Shown in pieces: positions 1-9,396 of a stretch of 64,000 bases of DNA. Source of the stretch: Oceanispirochaeta sp. (GTDB taxonomy: Bacteria > Spirochaetota > Spirochaetia > DSM-2461). The position numbers and the translations under genes were made by a program. Under the pieces are notes generated by a model. The model saw only the letters and a program-made list of their open reading frames with translations. It searched no databases and had not been told where the DNA came from. Each line of letters opens with the position of its first letter. Position 1 is the first letter of the stretch. Where the stretch lies: the NCBI GenBank assembly GCA_963663385.2, contig CAXXXD010000004.1, positions 1-64,000 on the forward strand, read 5' to 3'.

Positions 1-235
1 ATCTGTCAAAGGCGGTCCGGGTTTTCTCTTCCATCTCATGATGGAGGTTCATATCCAGTGGAAGGATCATCCATCGATCTCTGTCTTTCCAGTTCCGGCA
101 GATCTCTTCCAGTTTTTCCGTATCGCGGGCGGAAAGAATAACTCTCCCTCCGTTTTCATAGACACTCTTTGCCAGGGCCTCTCCAATTCCGGATGAAGCC
201 CCTGTTATCCAATAGACTGAATTTTTATGAAACAT
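1..235 (-). CDS. SDR-family oxidoreductase, N-terminal part (runs off window start)
   Basis: Manual translation from ATG at 235: MFHKNSVYWITGASSGIGEALAK..., the classical TGxxxGIG Rossmann motif. Not in the ORF track because it is truncated. Confidence 0.85.
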   Translation of the reverse strand, partial: MFHKNSVYWITGASSGIGEALAKSVYENGGRVILSARDTEKLEEICRNWKDRDRWMILPLDMNLHHEMEEKTRTAFDR

Positions 236-333
236 GAACGGATTGTATCATATTTCTCTGAAAAAGATATAAATTTACTGATTTTGAAAAAAATCTGTTG
301 GCTCCTTTATGGGAGTGGCCTATACTGTTCTGC

Positions 334-1026
334 ATGAAGTTAAATTCTTATGTAAACATTCCTCTTCCGACCCTGAAAAGGTTTCCCGTATATCTTGGTA
401 TGCTGAAAGACTGTAAAGCTCAGGGGCAGGAGTGGGTATCAGCCAGTTATATAGCCGGAAAACTGGGGCTTAAATCAATCCAGGTCCGGAAGGATCTCTC
501 CTGTACAGGGATCATTGGTAAACCGAAAAAAGGTTTTCTTCTGAATGAATTGATGGATGCCATCTCCTTTTATCTGGGAGAGGGGAATGAGTCGGATATC
601 CTTCTGGTCGGAGTGGGCAATCTTGGTAAAGCCCTTTTGGGAGACAGGCGCCTGACACGCCACGGGTTTAAGATCGTAGCGGCCTTTGATATTGACCCGG
701 ATCTTATCGGAAAAGACGTGGCAGGTCATAAAGTTACTTCCATGGAAAAACTGGATGCTCTGGTTAAACGTATGGGGATAAAAATGGCTATCCTTACAGT
801 CCCTGAAAAAGAAGCACAGGTTATTGCCGACAAACTGGTAAATGCCGGAATTCTTGGAATCTGGAACTTTTCCAGTCTGTTTCTGGAGCTGCCCGGGAAT
901 GTCGCTGTAATTAATGAGGATCTGGGGTCCCGTCTGGCTCTGCTGGCCGGGCAGGTTACTCACCAGAGCGGCCGGGAAAGCTCTCCCTCCCCCTCCCGTC
1001 TGGGGAGTGTTCCTTTTAAGAAATAG
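334..1026 (+). CDS. rex: Redox-sensing transcriptional repressor Rex
   Basis: IPLPTLKRFPVY, QVRKDLS..G..GKPKKGF winged HTH, GVGNLG NAD(H) motif, GIWNFS. ATG at 334 preferred over TTG 298. Confidence 0.93.
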   Translation: MKLNSYVNIPLPTLKRFPVYLGMLKDCKAQGQEWVSASYIAGKLGLKSIQVRKDLSCTGIIGKPKKGFLLNELMDAISFYLGEGNESDILLVGVGNLGKALLGDRRLTRHGFKIVAAFDIDPDLIGKDVAGHKVTSMEKLDALVKRMGIKMAILTVPEKEAQVIADKLVNAGILGIWNFSSLFLELPGNVAVINEDLGSRLALLAGQVTHQSGRESSPSPSRLGSVPFKK

Positions 1027-1036
1027 GCAGTATCCC

Positions 1037-1270
1037 CTATTTAACCAGTTTTAAGGAAGGACCCTTCGGTGCCGGTCGGTCCAGAGCGAAGACGATTGTT
1101 TTACTGTCCTCTTCGTGCTGGCTTATCCGGATGGTCCCGCCGCCTTCATCGGATTCCACATGAACCAGCATCCTCTCCTGTTCGTCTTTGGTAATGGTCA
1201 GAATCAAATCGGCTCCATGCACTTCGATTATCTCTGTTTTATCAATATCAAGGGATCGTCCCATTTTCAA
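1037..1270 (-). CDS. Small hypothetical protein (77 aa) ending PKGPSLKLVK
   Basis: ORF fills the gap between rex and flavodoxin; protein-like composition. Confidence 0.6.
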   Translation of the reverse strand: MKMGRSLDIDKTEIIEVHGADLILTITKDEQERMLVHVESDEGGGTIRISQHEEDSKTIVFALDRPAPKGPSLKLVK

Positions 1271-1321
1271 CCTTCCGTTTTCTTTTAATTCTTCTGATTA
1301 TTTCAGAGCAGCCCTTTCAGG

Positions 1322-1771
1322 TCAATCAATCAGCCTGATTTCTCCGGCTAAAACCTCTGCCCAGGCACGGCTTTCCTCTTCCAAATCTCCTGCCATCTCA
1401 TTGACTTTAAGGGAAGGCAGCATCATCCTGCCGCCAAGACTCCTCAGTTTTGCTTCCAGAATATTTACGGCTTCACAAAAGAACCGGAACCGGGTGCTGC
1501 CCGGACCGAATACGGCACAGAAGCGGCCTTTTAGATCAAGATGATCCATCCCTCTTTCAAAGTCGATAAAATCTGCCGCAAGATCCCCGTCACTCCAGGT
1601 GGAGCATCCCAGGATAATATATTTATAACTATTCAATTCATCGGGTCTTGCTTCAAAAACATCTTTCAAAACAACCTGGATTTCGTGCTTTTCAAGTTCT
1701 TCTGCTATTAAAGAAGCCATGGACGCAGTCCTGCCGCGTTTACTGCCGTATATGATAATAGCCTGCTTCAT
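1322..1771 (-). CDS. Flavodoxin (short-chain)
   Basis: IIYGSKRGRT FMN-phosphate loop, LGCSTWSDG, AVFGPGS..F..FCEAV. Confidence 0.92.
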   Translation of the reverse strand: MKQAIIIYGSKRGRTASMASLIAEELEKHEIQVVLKDVFEARPDELNSYKYIILGCSTWSDGDLAADFIDFERGMDHLDLKGRFCAVFGPGSTRFRFFCEAVNILEAKLRSLGGRMMLPSLKVNEMAGDLEEESRAWAEVLAGEIRLID

Positions 1772-1816
1772 ACAATTAATGTGATAAAAATAAAGGAAGA
1801 TATCAAGATAAAACGG

Positions 1817-1847
1817 ACTGGTTCGATTCGAGAGAAACCGAACCAGT
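1817..1847 (-). terminator. Hairpin after thioesterase gene
   Basis: ACTGGTTCG ... CGAACCAGT 9-bp inverted repeat just past the stop at 1855, followed by a T-rich tract on the - strand. Confidence 0.5.
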
Positions 1848-1854
1848 TCGAAGA

Positions 1855-2253
1855 TTACATAATCGTCTTGAGAGCGGCGGCCCTTTTGTTTGCCAGATTC
1901 CTCAAGTTAATCTTGTCGACAATCAGGCGTTCATTCAGTCCATGGGCAATAACTCCCGTTTCGTCAACGGCTTTCAGGGAGATCAGAATTCTGTTCTCTT
2001 CCACCTTATTGACAGTTGCTTCCACAGTAACTGTTTCTCCGGCTACTGTTGGTTCTTCATGATTCACCTGAATCATGCTGGCTACACTGGTAACACCTTC
2101 ATGCAGTTCATCCGCCAGGAGTTTCCATGCCGTATCCAGCATCAGTTTTGTCAGCGCTGCTGTAGACAGTAGCCCGTCATAGCTGTCTTTTACCGTAACA
2201 TCTTTCTGTAATCGCAAAGATTTTCCCGTCAATTCATTAAAACTGGTTTTCAT
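1855..2253 (-). CDS. Hotdog-fold thioesterase, FlK (fluoroacetyl-CoA thioesterase)-like
   Basis: LLSTAAL, GVTSV...VNHEEPT..GETV.VEATV, G.IA.G..ERLIVD pattern. Confidence 0.8.
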   Translation of the reverse strand: MKTSFNELTGKSLRLQKDVTVKDSYDGLLSTAALTKLMLDTAWKLLADELHEGVTSVASMIQVNHEEPTVAGETVTVEATVNKVEENRILISLKAVDETGVIAHGLNERLIVDKINLRNLANKRAAALKTIM

Positions 2254-2346
2254 CGCAGCCCTCCTGTAGTAAATTCTAGGGCGTCGAAAGCGGATTGTCC
2301 AAAATTAATCCTCAATTTTTCGTAATCCCTGTTTCTGGAATGGCGC

Positions 2347-3027
2347 ATGATAAAGGTTCTGTCAGAAGAAAAAGACTTTCTCGTTGTTAAAAAACCTCCC
2401 GGGCTGGACTTCCATACAGATCAGGGGGTTCCCGGTTTTTTCAGACGGGTTGAAGAGATGTACCGTCAGGAGAAACTCTACCCGGTACACCGCCTGGATA
2501 AAATGACATCCGGCCTGATCCTTGTTGCCAGGTCTTCCGCTGCGGCAGCAGAACTGGGCGGGATTTTTACAGAGAAGGGAATGGAAAAATACTACCTGGC
2601 TCTGAGCGATAAAAAACCCCGCAAAAAGCAGGGCCTGGTAGAAGGGGATATGGTCCGGGGGCGGAGAGGAAGCTGGAAACTGACCAGATCCGTATCTGAT
2701 CCGGGCTTAACCTATTTTTATTCTACATCCCTTTCGCCGGGTGTCCGGCTGTTCCTTTTAAGAATCTATACCGGAAAGACCCATCAGATCAGGGTTGCCA
2801 TGAAAAGCCTTGGCGCTCCCGTTCTGGGCGATCCCCTCTATTACAGGAGCGGTCCGGTAATGGATAGAGGTTACCTTCATGCCTGGTGCATACGATTTAC
2901 CTGGAAAGGTCAGCTCCTCGAATTCCGCTGTAATCCGGAATCGGGTCGCCTGTTTCTGCCTGAAGAAGGTTTTGATCTGCCTCCCCTCTGGGAGCGTCCG
3001 GAAGATCTGGCCTGGCCGGATTTCTGA
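2347..3027 (+). CDS. RluA-family RNA pseudouridine synthase
   Basis: VKKPPG, HRLDKMTSG (catalytic Asp), TGKTHQIRV, PVLGDPLY, YLHAW. Confidence 0.93.
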   Translation: MIKVLSEEKDFLVVKKPPGLDFHTDQGVPGFFRRVEEMYRQEKLYPVHRLDKMTSGLILVARSSAAAAELGGIFTEKGMEKYYLALSDKKPRKKQGLVEGDMVRGRRGSWKLTRSVSDPGLTYFYSTSLSPGVRLFLLRIYTGKTHQIRVAMKSLGAPVLGDPLYYRSGPVMDRGYLHAWCIRFTWKGQLLEFRCNPESGRLFLPEEGFDLPPLWERPEDLAWPDF

Positions 3028-3968
3028 AGCATTATGCTCCAGCAGCGATGGGCTCCTTTTCCGGAAAAGTCCTCACCTCTGGTCTGACCGCTTATTTCGT
3101 CCCATTTGAACCTTTTTCTAAGCTCTGCCGTGTCTATCTGGAACTGCCTGTAATTCGTGGAGAACAGGATTTTCCCATCCTTTGCCAGAACCTGAGAGCA
3201 CAGTTCTATCATTTCCGCGTGATTTTTCTGAATATCCCAGACTTTTTCCATTTTTCTGCTATTGGAAAATGTAGGAGGATCAAGGATGATAAGATCCCAC
3301 TTTCTTTTTGATCTGGCTGATTCCTCCAGAAAGGGGGTAATATCGCTTTGTACAAATTCAAACATTCCGGGAAGAAAATCGTTTACCGCAAAATTATCCC
3401 TGGCCCATTGCAGATAGGTCGCCGACAGATCGACTGTTGTAACAGTCTCTGCTCCTCCTGATGCCGCATAGACCGAAAAGGATCCGGTATAGGCAAAGAG
3501 GTTCAATACTTTTTTACCGTAACAATTCTCTCTAACCATCTGTCTGGTTCTTCTATGATCCGGGAAAAGTCCTGTATCTATATAATCATATAAGTTCACC
3601 AGGAAGGTCAGTCCGTTTTCCTTAACCTCCATCAGGTTCTTCTTACGGTCGAGAACAGAATACTGCCGGTGCTCCTGAAGTTTCTCTCTTGATTTCAAGA
3701 TTATATTTTCCGGACACACATATAGGGCGCCGGCAATCTTTTCGATTTCTTCCAGAGTGAAAAGATCCGATTCTGAATCTTTTGGAGTACTTAGTGAAAT
3801 ATGAAGGTAGTCTCCGTACCGGTCGATCTGAACTGCAGTATTTTCAATTGTTCCGCTGAATACTCTGTAGCAGCTGGTATCCTGGCTGCTGAACAGGGGG
3901 CGCAGCTGATTCTGTTTCTTTTTTAACTGTATCAGCAGTGATTCAATTCTATTGTTAGGGGTACTCAT
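2910..3968 (-). CDS. RlmK/RlmI-like 23S rRNA SAM-dependent methyltransferase
   Basis: IDRYGD, DTGLFPDHR, VLNLFAYTGSFSVYAA.GGA, VDLS..YL.WA, IILDPPTFSNS. Start 3968 (MSTPNN) preferred. Confidence 0.9.
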   Translation of the reverse strand: MSTPNNRIESLLIQLKKKQNQLRPLFSSQDTSCYRVFSGTIENTAVQIDRYGDYLHISLSTPKDSESDLFTLEEIEKIAGALYVCPENIILKSREKLQEHRQYSVLDRKKNLMEVKENGLTFLVNLYDYIDTGLFPDHRRTRQMVRENCYGKKVLNLFAYTGSFSVYAASGGAETVTTVDLSATYLQWARDNFAVNDFLPGMFEFVQSDITPFLEESARSKRKWDLIILDPPTFSNSRKMEKVWDIQKNHAEMIELCSQVLAKDGKILFSTNYRQFQIDTAELRKRFKWDEISGQTRGEDFSGKGAHRCWSIMLQKSGQARSSGRSQRGGRSKPSSGRNRRPDSGLQRNSRS

Positions 3969-4070
3969 GCCCGTTAGCATAGCCAATCCCGCCTTAAACT
4001 CCCATACCTCAAAGGGAAAAAAACGCTCTTTTTAATGTCCAGGTGACGGGATAGGCTGTTTTGTATGGCA

Positions 4071-4505
4071 TTAACCGTTAATCCTGATGTTTAAGGGTGC
4101 GGTTTTTTCCTGCCTGGGCAGTTTTAATGAAAGCAGACCGTTTTTAAGTTCTGCTTCAATTCTGCTTGAATCAATATCTTTCGGGAGAATAAAGCTTCTT
4201 TCAAAACTGATTTTCCGTCTTTCTTCTCTTACCATCACTTTCTTCTTTTCTTTTTTTGCTTCCTTATGGGCTGCCTTGATAGACAACAGATTCTCTTCAA
4301 CCTTAACGTCCAGTTCTTTTGTACTGAAACCGGGCAGTTCCACTGTCATCTCAAGACCATTCTCGTTTTCACTTACATTTGTTACAGGTGTTCTTACATC
4401 TCTTTCAAAAGACTCAGAGTGAAAAAACGAGTCAAACATTCTGTCAAAATCATTCCAGAAATCCAGATTTCCGTTTCTGTTGTTCTGTACAGTCATATAG
4501 TTCAT
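4071..4505 (-). CDS. Small heat-shock protein (Hsp20/alpha-crystallin)
   Basis: VELPGF..KEL.VKVE, FERSFILP..ID...IEAELKNGLL.LKLP; RBS GGAGGT before ATG 4505. Confidence 0.93.
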   Translation of the reverse strand: MNYMTVQNNRNGNLDFWNDFDRMFDSFFHSESFERDVRTPVTNVSENENGLEMTVELPGFSTKELDVKVEENLLSIKAAHKEAKKEKKKVMVREERRKISFERSFILPKDIDSSRIEAELKNGLLSLKLPRQEKTAPLNIRING

Positions 4506-4548
4506 ATCATACCTCCAGGGTCTATTAATCATTTTCTATTCTTGATAC

Positions 4549-4564
4549 TGCATCAACCGTGCCA
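4549..4564 (-). promoter_or_regulatory. Sigma54 (-24/-12) promoter of hsp20
   Basis: Minus strand reads TGGCACGGTTGATGCA, versus the TGGCAC-N5-TTGC(A/T) consensus (one mismatch), about 45 nt upstream of the start codon. Confidence 0.7.
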
Positions 4565-4804
4565 ATTTTGTTAAGTGTTATGTAAAGCTTTTCATGGTAT
4601 GTAAATATCAGATTTGGCCATATGGTTCGACTAATTGAATCAGATGATGTGGCGGGGGGGGTGTGAGTCAATAAATCCAACGCGTATCATAATGGAATAA
4701 TGGTGTGTCAAAAAGAGACATTCTGATTTTTCTTTTTTTTCAGTTGTTTCGTAACGGGAAAATAAACCACTATTTGCTCAAATTGCGATACTCTATTATA
4801 TTTA

Positions 4805-6388
4805 ATGGGTAATCCCAGTGCTTTGCCAAAGGATATATCAGTGCCTGCTGAAAAGAAACAGATGATTTTTTCATCCCCCAAAAAATCAGGTTCTCCTGCT
4901 TCTCAGGTAAGTAGTCCTCCCTGGAAAGTACTTATCGTCGATGATGAACCAATTATCCATTCTGTTACTGAGCTTGTATTACGGGACTTTAAATTTGAGA
5001 ACAGAAGTTTGAAACTTCTTTCTGCTTACAGCGGAAGAGAGGCTAAAAGAATCCTTGAGGATGAGGATGATCTGGCAGTGGCACTGGTTGATGTGGTGAT
5101 GGAAGAGGACGATTCCGGGCTGAAGCTGATACAATGGATCCGTGAGGTTCTCAATAACCACTCAATCAGACTTATTCTGCGAACTGGACAGCCTGGTGTC
5201 GCCCCCGAGAAAGATATCATTCACAGATACGAAATCAATGACTATAAAGAGAAAACCGAATTAACGGATATTAAACTCCTTACCTCATTAACGGTAGCCA
5301 TAAGAGGCTACCGTGATCTTCTTGATATACAGAGGAATCAGTCAGGATTTGTCCGTATTCTGGAAGGGGCTGGAAAATTCTGGCAGTACAATAATGAGTG
5401 TCTTCTTCTGGATGAAATACTCAGGCAGTTCAGCCGTCTTTTTACAAAGAAGGGAACCGGTGAAGGCAGATGTGACTGCTGTGCTCTTATTTATAAAACC
5501 GGAGAACTCCTTGTTAACAGCGGTACCGGGACATATGAAGAGGCAAAAGGGAAACGCCTGAGCGAACTGGATGAGGGCGAGGTTTCAAGAATCATAGAAC
5601 AGTATAATCATCGGGAAGCTTTTTTTTATAAAAAGCCCTATCTGGTCTGTTCCCTGGAAACCAGACAGGAAAGCAATATGTATCTGTTTATGAGGAGTGA
5701 TATTCAACTGGATAAAACCAATCAGAATATACTCGGAGCTTTTCTGGTAAACTCATCTCTGGCTATGGATTACTGGCTTGTTACTGCTCACAAGACCCGA
5801 TCCCAGAAGAATATGCTGATTTTTTTGAGTGAAGTGATAGAACATCACTTTATGGAGAATGGAAACCATGTAAAACGTGTTTCTGAAATGATGTATCTGA
5901 TCAGTACCAGAATGGGGATTCCCCGGGAAAAAGCGGAACTTTGGAAAATGGCTTCCATCCTGCATGATATGGGAAAAATCGGGATACCCGATCATATTTT
6001 GAAAAAACCGGGAAAACTGAGCAGTGAGGAATTTGAAATCATGAAAACCCATGCAGTGATCGGTTATAAGCTGCTCAGTACAAATAAGGATGAGTTTTTT
6101 CCGGATGCAGCTGATATTGCCCTGTCTCATCATGAAAAATGGAATGGAAATGGTTACCCCAATGGTGTTGCCGGAGAGGCTATTCCTCTTCCGGCCCGAA
6201 TCCTTTCTGTTATAGATGTTTTTGATGCACTGACTCATAAGCGAGTCTATAAAGACGCCTGGTCTGTTGAAAAAGCTGTGAACTATATCAGAGAGAACAG
6301 GGCCGTGGATTTCGATCCTCAAGTTGTGGATTCCTTTCTGGATATTCTTCCTGAACTTCAAAGGATGGTGAATGAATATCCGGATTGA
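4805..6388 (+). CDS. Response regulator, REC-DUF3369-like-HD-GYP (c-di-GMP phosphodiesterase)
   Basis: WKVLIVDDE, VDVVME, LRTGQPG; ENGNHVKRV, LHDMGKIGIPD.IL.KPGKL, HHEKWNGNGYP, DVFDAL...RVYK. Start could be GTG 4841. Confidence 0.92.
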   Translation: MGNPSALPKDISVPAEKKQMIFSSPKKSGSPASQVSSPPWKVLIVDDEPIIHSVTELVLRDFKFENRSLKLLSAYSGREAKRILEDEDDLAVALVDVVMEEDDSGLKLIQWIREVLNNHSIRLILRTGQPGVAPEKDIIHRYEINDYKEKTELTDIKLLTSLTVAIRGYRDLLDIQRNQSGFVRILEGAGKFWQYNNECLLLDEILRQFSRLFTKKGTGEGRCDCCALIYKTGELLVNSGTGTYEEAKGKRLSELDEGEVSRIIEQYNHREAFFYKKPYLVCSLETRQESNMYLFMRSDIQLDKTNQNILGAFLVNSSLAMDYWLVTAHKTRSQKNMLIFLSEVIEHHFMENGNHVKRVSEMMYLISTRMGIPREKAELWKMASILHDMGKIGIPDHILKKPGKLSSEEFEIMKTHAVIGYKLLSTNKDEFFPDAADIALSHHEKWNGNGYPNGVAGEAIPLPARILSVIDVFDALTHKRVYKDAWSVEKAVNYIRENRAVDFDPQVVDSFLDILPELQRMVNEYPD

Positions 6389-8375
6389 AAAACTGTTATT
6401 TGTATCGATCGTTTTTCTCTGCTTTCTTTCTGCTGTTTATGCCAATGATCTGCCTGAAATTCATGAGGGATTCAATATCAATCACTATAATGTACAGGTA
6501 TATTATGACAGTAATCCGGATAGTCATGAGATGGATATTCTGAATCTGCCCCGGGAATCCTGGCTTCCTCTCCCGGAATCTTCATCCATACCTCCGGATA
6601 AAAATATCGCCTGGTTGAAGATCTCTCTTCCCGGGGGGACTATCGGGCAGGATCTCTATCTGACAGAACACGAAGGGATGGCCTGCTGGGAGGTCTTTTT
6701 CTTTTCTGAAAATCTGCTTCTGGACAGAGATGTTATTAACTGGAACTCCTATCATACAGAGAACTACGGGCTTCAGGCTCAATACCGGGGTTTCTCCAGC
6801 TTCCAGATTTTCAACAGTAACCATAAGGATGTTGTGCTGCTGATCAGGATGATTCCCGAGGTTTCCGGCTTGTATAAGTTTTACCTGCGGGGGCGTTTGA
6901 ACTTTCAGCAGAGATTTAATGCCTGGATATTTGTTCAGGGGATAGGGATCGGACTGATTGTTGTTGTATTAATGCTCACCGTTATCATGTCGATCCGGTT
7001 GCGGTATAAGATTGACTGGCTGTACATGGTTCTAGTCCTTTTTGCAGGATTGAATATCAGTTATATTACCGGTCTTGGTCCGAAAGTTACAGCCAGGTTT
7101 CTACCTATGGTTGGTTCGACTGTGTGGTCTATGATTCTGGGAATGTTCAATGTTGTTTTTATTTATTACATTGAAGAATTTGCTCATCTGAAGGACTCTC
7201 AGAAGTTAACCCGATACTACTTTTTTATACTGAAGATATTGGCAATTGCGGCTATAGCCATTCTGCCTGTTGTTCCTCAAAACAGAATCTTGCTTATTCT
7301 TAATATATCAACGCTGGTTTATTCTGTTTTGATTCTGGCTGGTCTCATCAGACTGACCGTTTTGAAAAAAACTCAGGCCGGATGGATCCTTTCCGGGTGG
7401 GTTATACTGGTTCTGCTAACTTATTCAGGTTTTTCTATAAAGCATCTTATTCCCGACAGCCAAACTATCTCCGTAATAACCTATATCCTTGGACAGGCCG
7501 TTCTGCTTATTTTTCTGGGTACGGCTCTAATCAAGCAGATGGATGAAAAGCTGATAAAGGAGTCCGACCGTCGTCAGTCTGCCGAGCATATTGCAGAGAG
7601 TGTACTGAAAAGGATGGGGGATCATAAGCGAATGGCTGATCTCGGTTCTATGGTCAGCAGTGTTACACACGAGCTGGGAACTCCTCTCGGAGTAACCGTC
7701 ACTCTTTCTTCAAATATGATAAATACCGGGCAGAATATTAATCGGTTGTTTCAAGAAGGGGATCTGAGCGAGGATGAGTTCGCCTTTTTTCTTAAAGATG
7801 TCCTGGAGTCTTCCGAACTGATAGAGAAAAACATGGAGAATGCCCGGACCCTCATAGAAGGCTTCAAACAGGTTGCGGCGGACCAGGCGGCTCCTGATAT
7901 CAGAACCCTGAATCTGAAATCTTACATTTCACAGGTTGTACGTATACTGAAGACTCAGGTGAAGAAGACACCCTATGATCTTATACAGGATATTCCGGAT
8001 GATCTTTTCCTTACCACTACCCCCGGGATTTTGACACAGGTCCTGACAAATCTTGTGAACAATGCTATTATCCACGGGTTTTCCAACAGAGAGGAAGGTA
8101 AGGTCGTTATCTCTGCCGAAAGAGAACCTGGCAGAAATTCCCTTAATATTAAGGTTGAAGATAACGGAAACGGTATACCCCTGGAGATTCAGAAGAAAAT
8201 ATTCAATATGTATTTTACTACCAGGAGAGGAATAGGCGGTACCGGAATTGGTCTTTCCATTGTAAAATCTCTGGTGGAAGAGAGGTTGTCCGGTAAAATC
8301 ACAATGGAGAGTAAGGAAGGATCGGGAACCGCCTTTACAATAGAACTGCCAATAGACCCTAAGGATATTCTGTGA
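6372..8375 (+). CDS. Membrane sensor histidine kinase (extracellular domain + about 7 TM, 7TM-DISM-like)
   Basis: Signal peptide, hydrophobic helices, VTHELGTPLG H-box, QVLTNLVNNAIIHG, VEDNGNGI, GGTGIGL. Confidence 0.9.
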   Translation: MNIRIEKLLFVSIVFLCFLSAVYANDLPEIHEGFNINHYNVQVYYDSNPDSHEMDILNLPRESWLPLPESSSIPPDKNIAWLKISLPGGTIGQDLYLTEHEGMACWEVFFFSENLLLDRDVINWNSYHTENYGLQAQYRGFSSFQIFNSNHKDVVLLIRMIPEVSGLYKFYLRGRLNFQQRFNAWIFVQGIGIGLIVVVLMLTVIMSIRLRYKIDWLYMVLVLFAGLNISYITGLGPKVTARFLPMVGSTVWSMILGMFNVVFIYYIEEFAHLKDSQKLTRYYFFILKILAIAAIAILPVVPQNRILLILNISTLVYSVLILAGLIRLTVLKKTQAGWILSGWVILVLLTYSGFSIKHLIPDSQTISVITYILGQAVLLIFLGTALIKQMDEKLIKESDRRQSAEHIAESVLKRMGDHKRMADLGSMVSSVTHELGTPLGVTVTLSSNMINTGQNINRLFQEGDLSEDEFAFFLKDVLESSELIEKNMENARTLIEGFKQVAADQAAPDIRTLNLKSYISQVVRILKTQVKKTPYDLIQDIPDDLFLTTTPGILTQVLTNLVNNAIIHGFSNREEGKVVISAEREPGRNSLNIKVEDNGNGIPLEIQKKIFNMYFTTRRGIGGTGIGLSIVKSLVEERLSGKITMESKEGSGTAFTIELPIDPKDIL

Positions 8376-9289
8376 ACCACATTGTTTTCTTTTTTTTTAT
8401 AATAGCTTTTTCCTGTATGTTTTCCGCATTTATTCTGGGAATCCTCTTTCATCTGAAAGAGAAACAGATCTGGAAGTTTAAAAGCCTCCTTTTTTTGGTA
8501 TATATACTCTTTCTGTTTTTCCTGGCAGGGATAGATTATTATTTTACGGCTATTGCGTTCCTGGATTATGCCGGGTTTTATATTGTATTCCGTCTGTTTC
8601 ATGTTATCGGGTACTCTCTTCTTATTTATTACCTGCCTGCAACGATTAATTATATGCTGAACCGGCCCTGGAAGAGAAACAGACTCTTCTGGATTATCTT
8701 TGCTTCGGTCTCCTATTTCTGTGCAGGGGTAGCGCTGATGGTAAATGGAATATCCCCTCTCTGGAATCTGCCTCTGGGAATTTTCTTTTTTACTGCCCTT
8801 GTTTTTGTTCTGCTGGATGGTTTACGGTCTCTTCCCCTTGTACGGGATAACCGGGGGCGTATTACGATTACCCTGTTATACGCCGGAACATTCATATTTC
8901 TGCCTCTCCTACTTATTGTCAGGATGATCGGCGCTCAGTTCTATAAGGATCTTGAAAGCCATATGCTGTACTTTCCTGTTCAGACATTCTACTTTTTCTG
9001 GCTGGCTCTTGTGTTGATCCAGTTTCTGGTTTTCAGAATCCTGGCGTCGGACAATGTTCCGCTTCCTTTAAGTGAAAGGCCTCTTTCGTTTTTTGAAGAA
9101 AAGGGGATTACATCCCGCGAGCGTGAGATCATTCTCTGTCTGGAGAAGGGATTGACCTATAAGGAGATTGGGCAGGAACTTTTTATCTCTTCTCATACAG
9201 TCAGTAATCATGTCGCCAGTATTTATAAAAAAACCGGCGTCCGTTCCAGAGTTGAGATGCTGAATACTCTCCGCAGACCGCAGGAGTAG
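8372..9289 (+). CDS. Membrane-bound LuxR-type one-component regulator
   Basis: About 7 TM helices, then ITSREREI..L.KGLTYKEIG.ELFIS.HTV.NHV.SIY.K. GTGA overlap with the kinase stop. Confidence 0.88.
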   Translation: MNHIVFFFFIIAFSCMFSAFILGILFHLKEKQIWKFKSLLFLVYILFLFFLAGIDYYFTAIAFLDYAGFYIVFRLFHVIGYSLLIYYLPATINYMLNRPWKRNRLFWIIFASVSYFCAGVALMVNGISPLWNLPLGIFFFTALVFVLLDGLRSLPLVRDNRGRITITLLYAGTFIFLPLLLIVRMIGAQFYKDLESHMLYFPVQTFYFFWLALVLIQFLVFRILASDNVPLPLSERPLSFFEEKGITSREREIILCLEKGLTYKEIGQELFISSHTVSNHVASIYKKTGVRSRVEMLNTLRRPQE

Positions 9290-9396
9290 TAAAAACATAC
9301 TAGTTCTGTTTAGGTCTGGTTAAAATTAAACAAACGATTTTTATCTTTGGAATAATCCTCTATAATTTCATGAATCGGGAATTCGGAGGAGAGAAA

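Noticed and set aside
4654..4661. G8 tract in the hsp20/HD-GYP intergenic region as a phase-variation switch
   Set aside because: Short, not inside a recognisable promoter spacer or CDS; no evidence of length variation from a single sequence.
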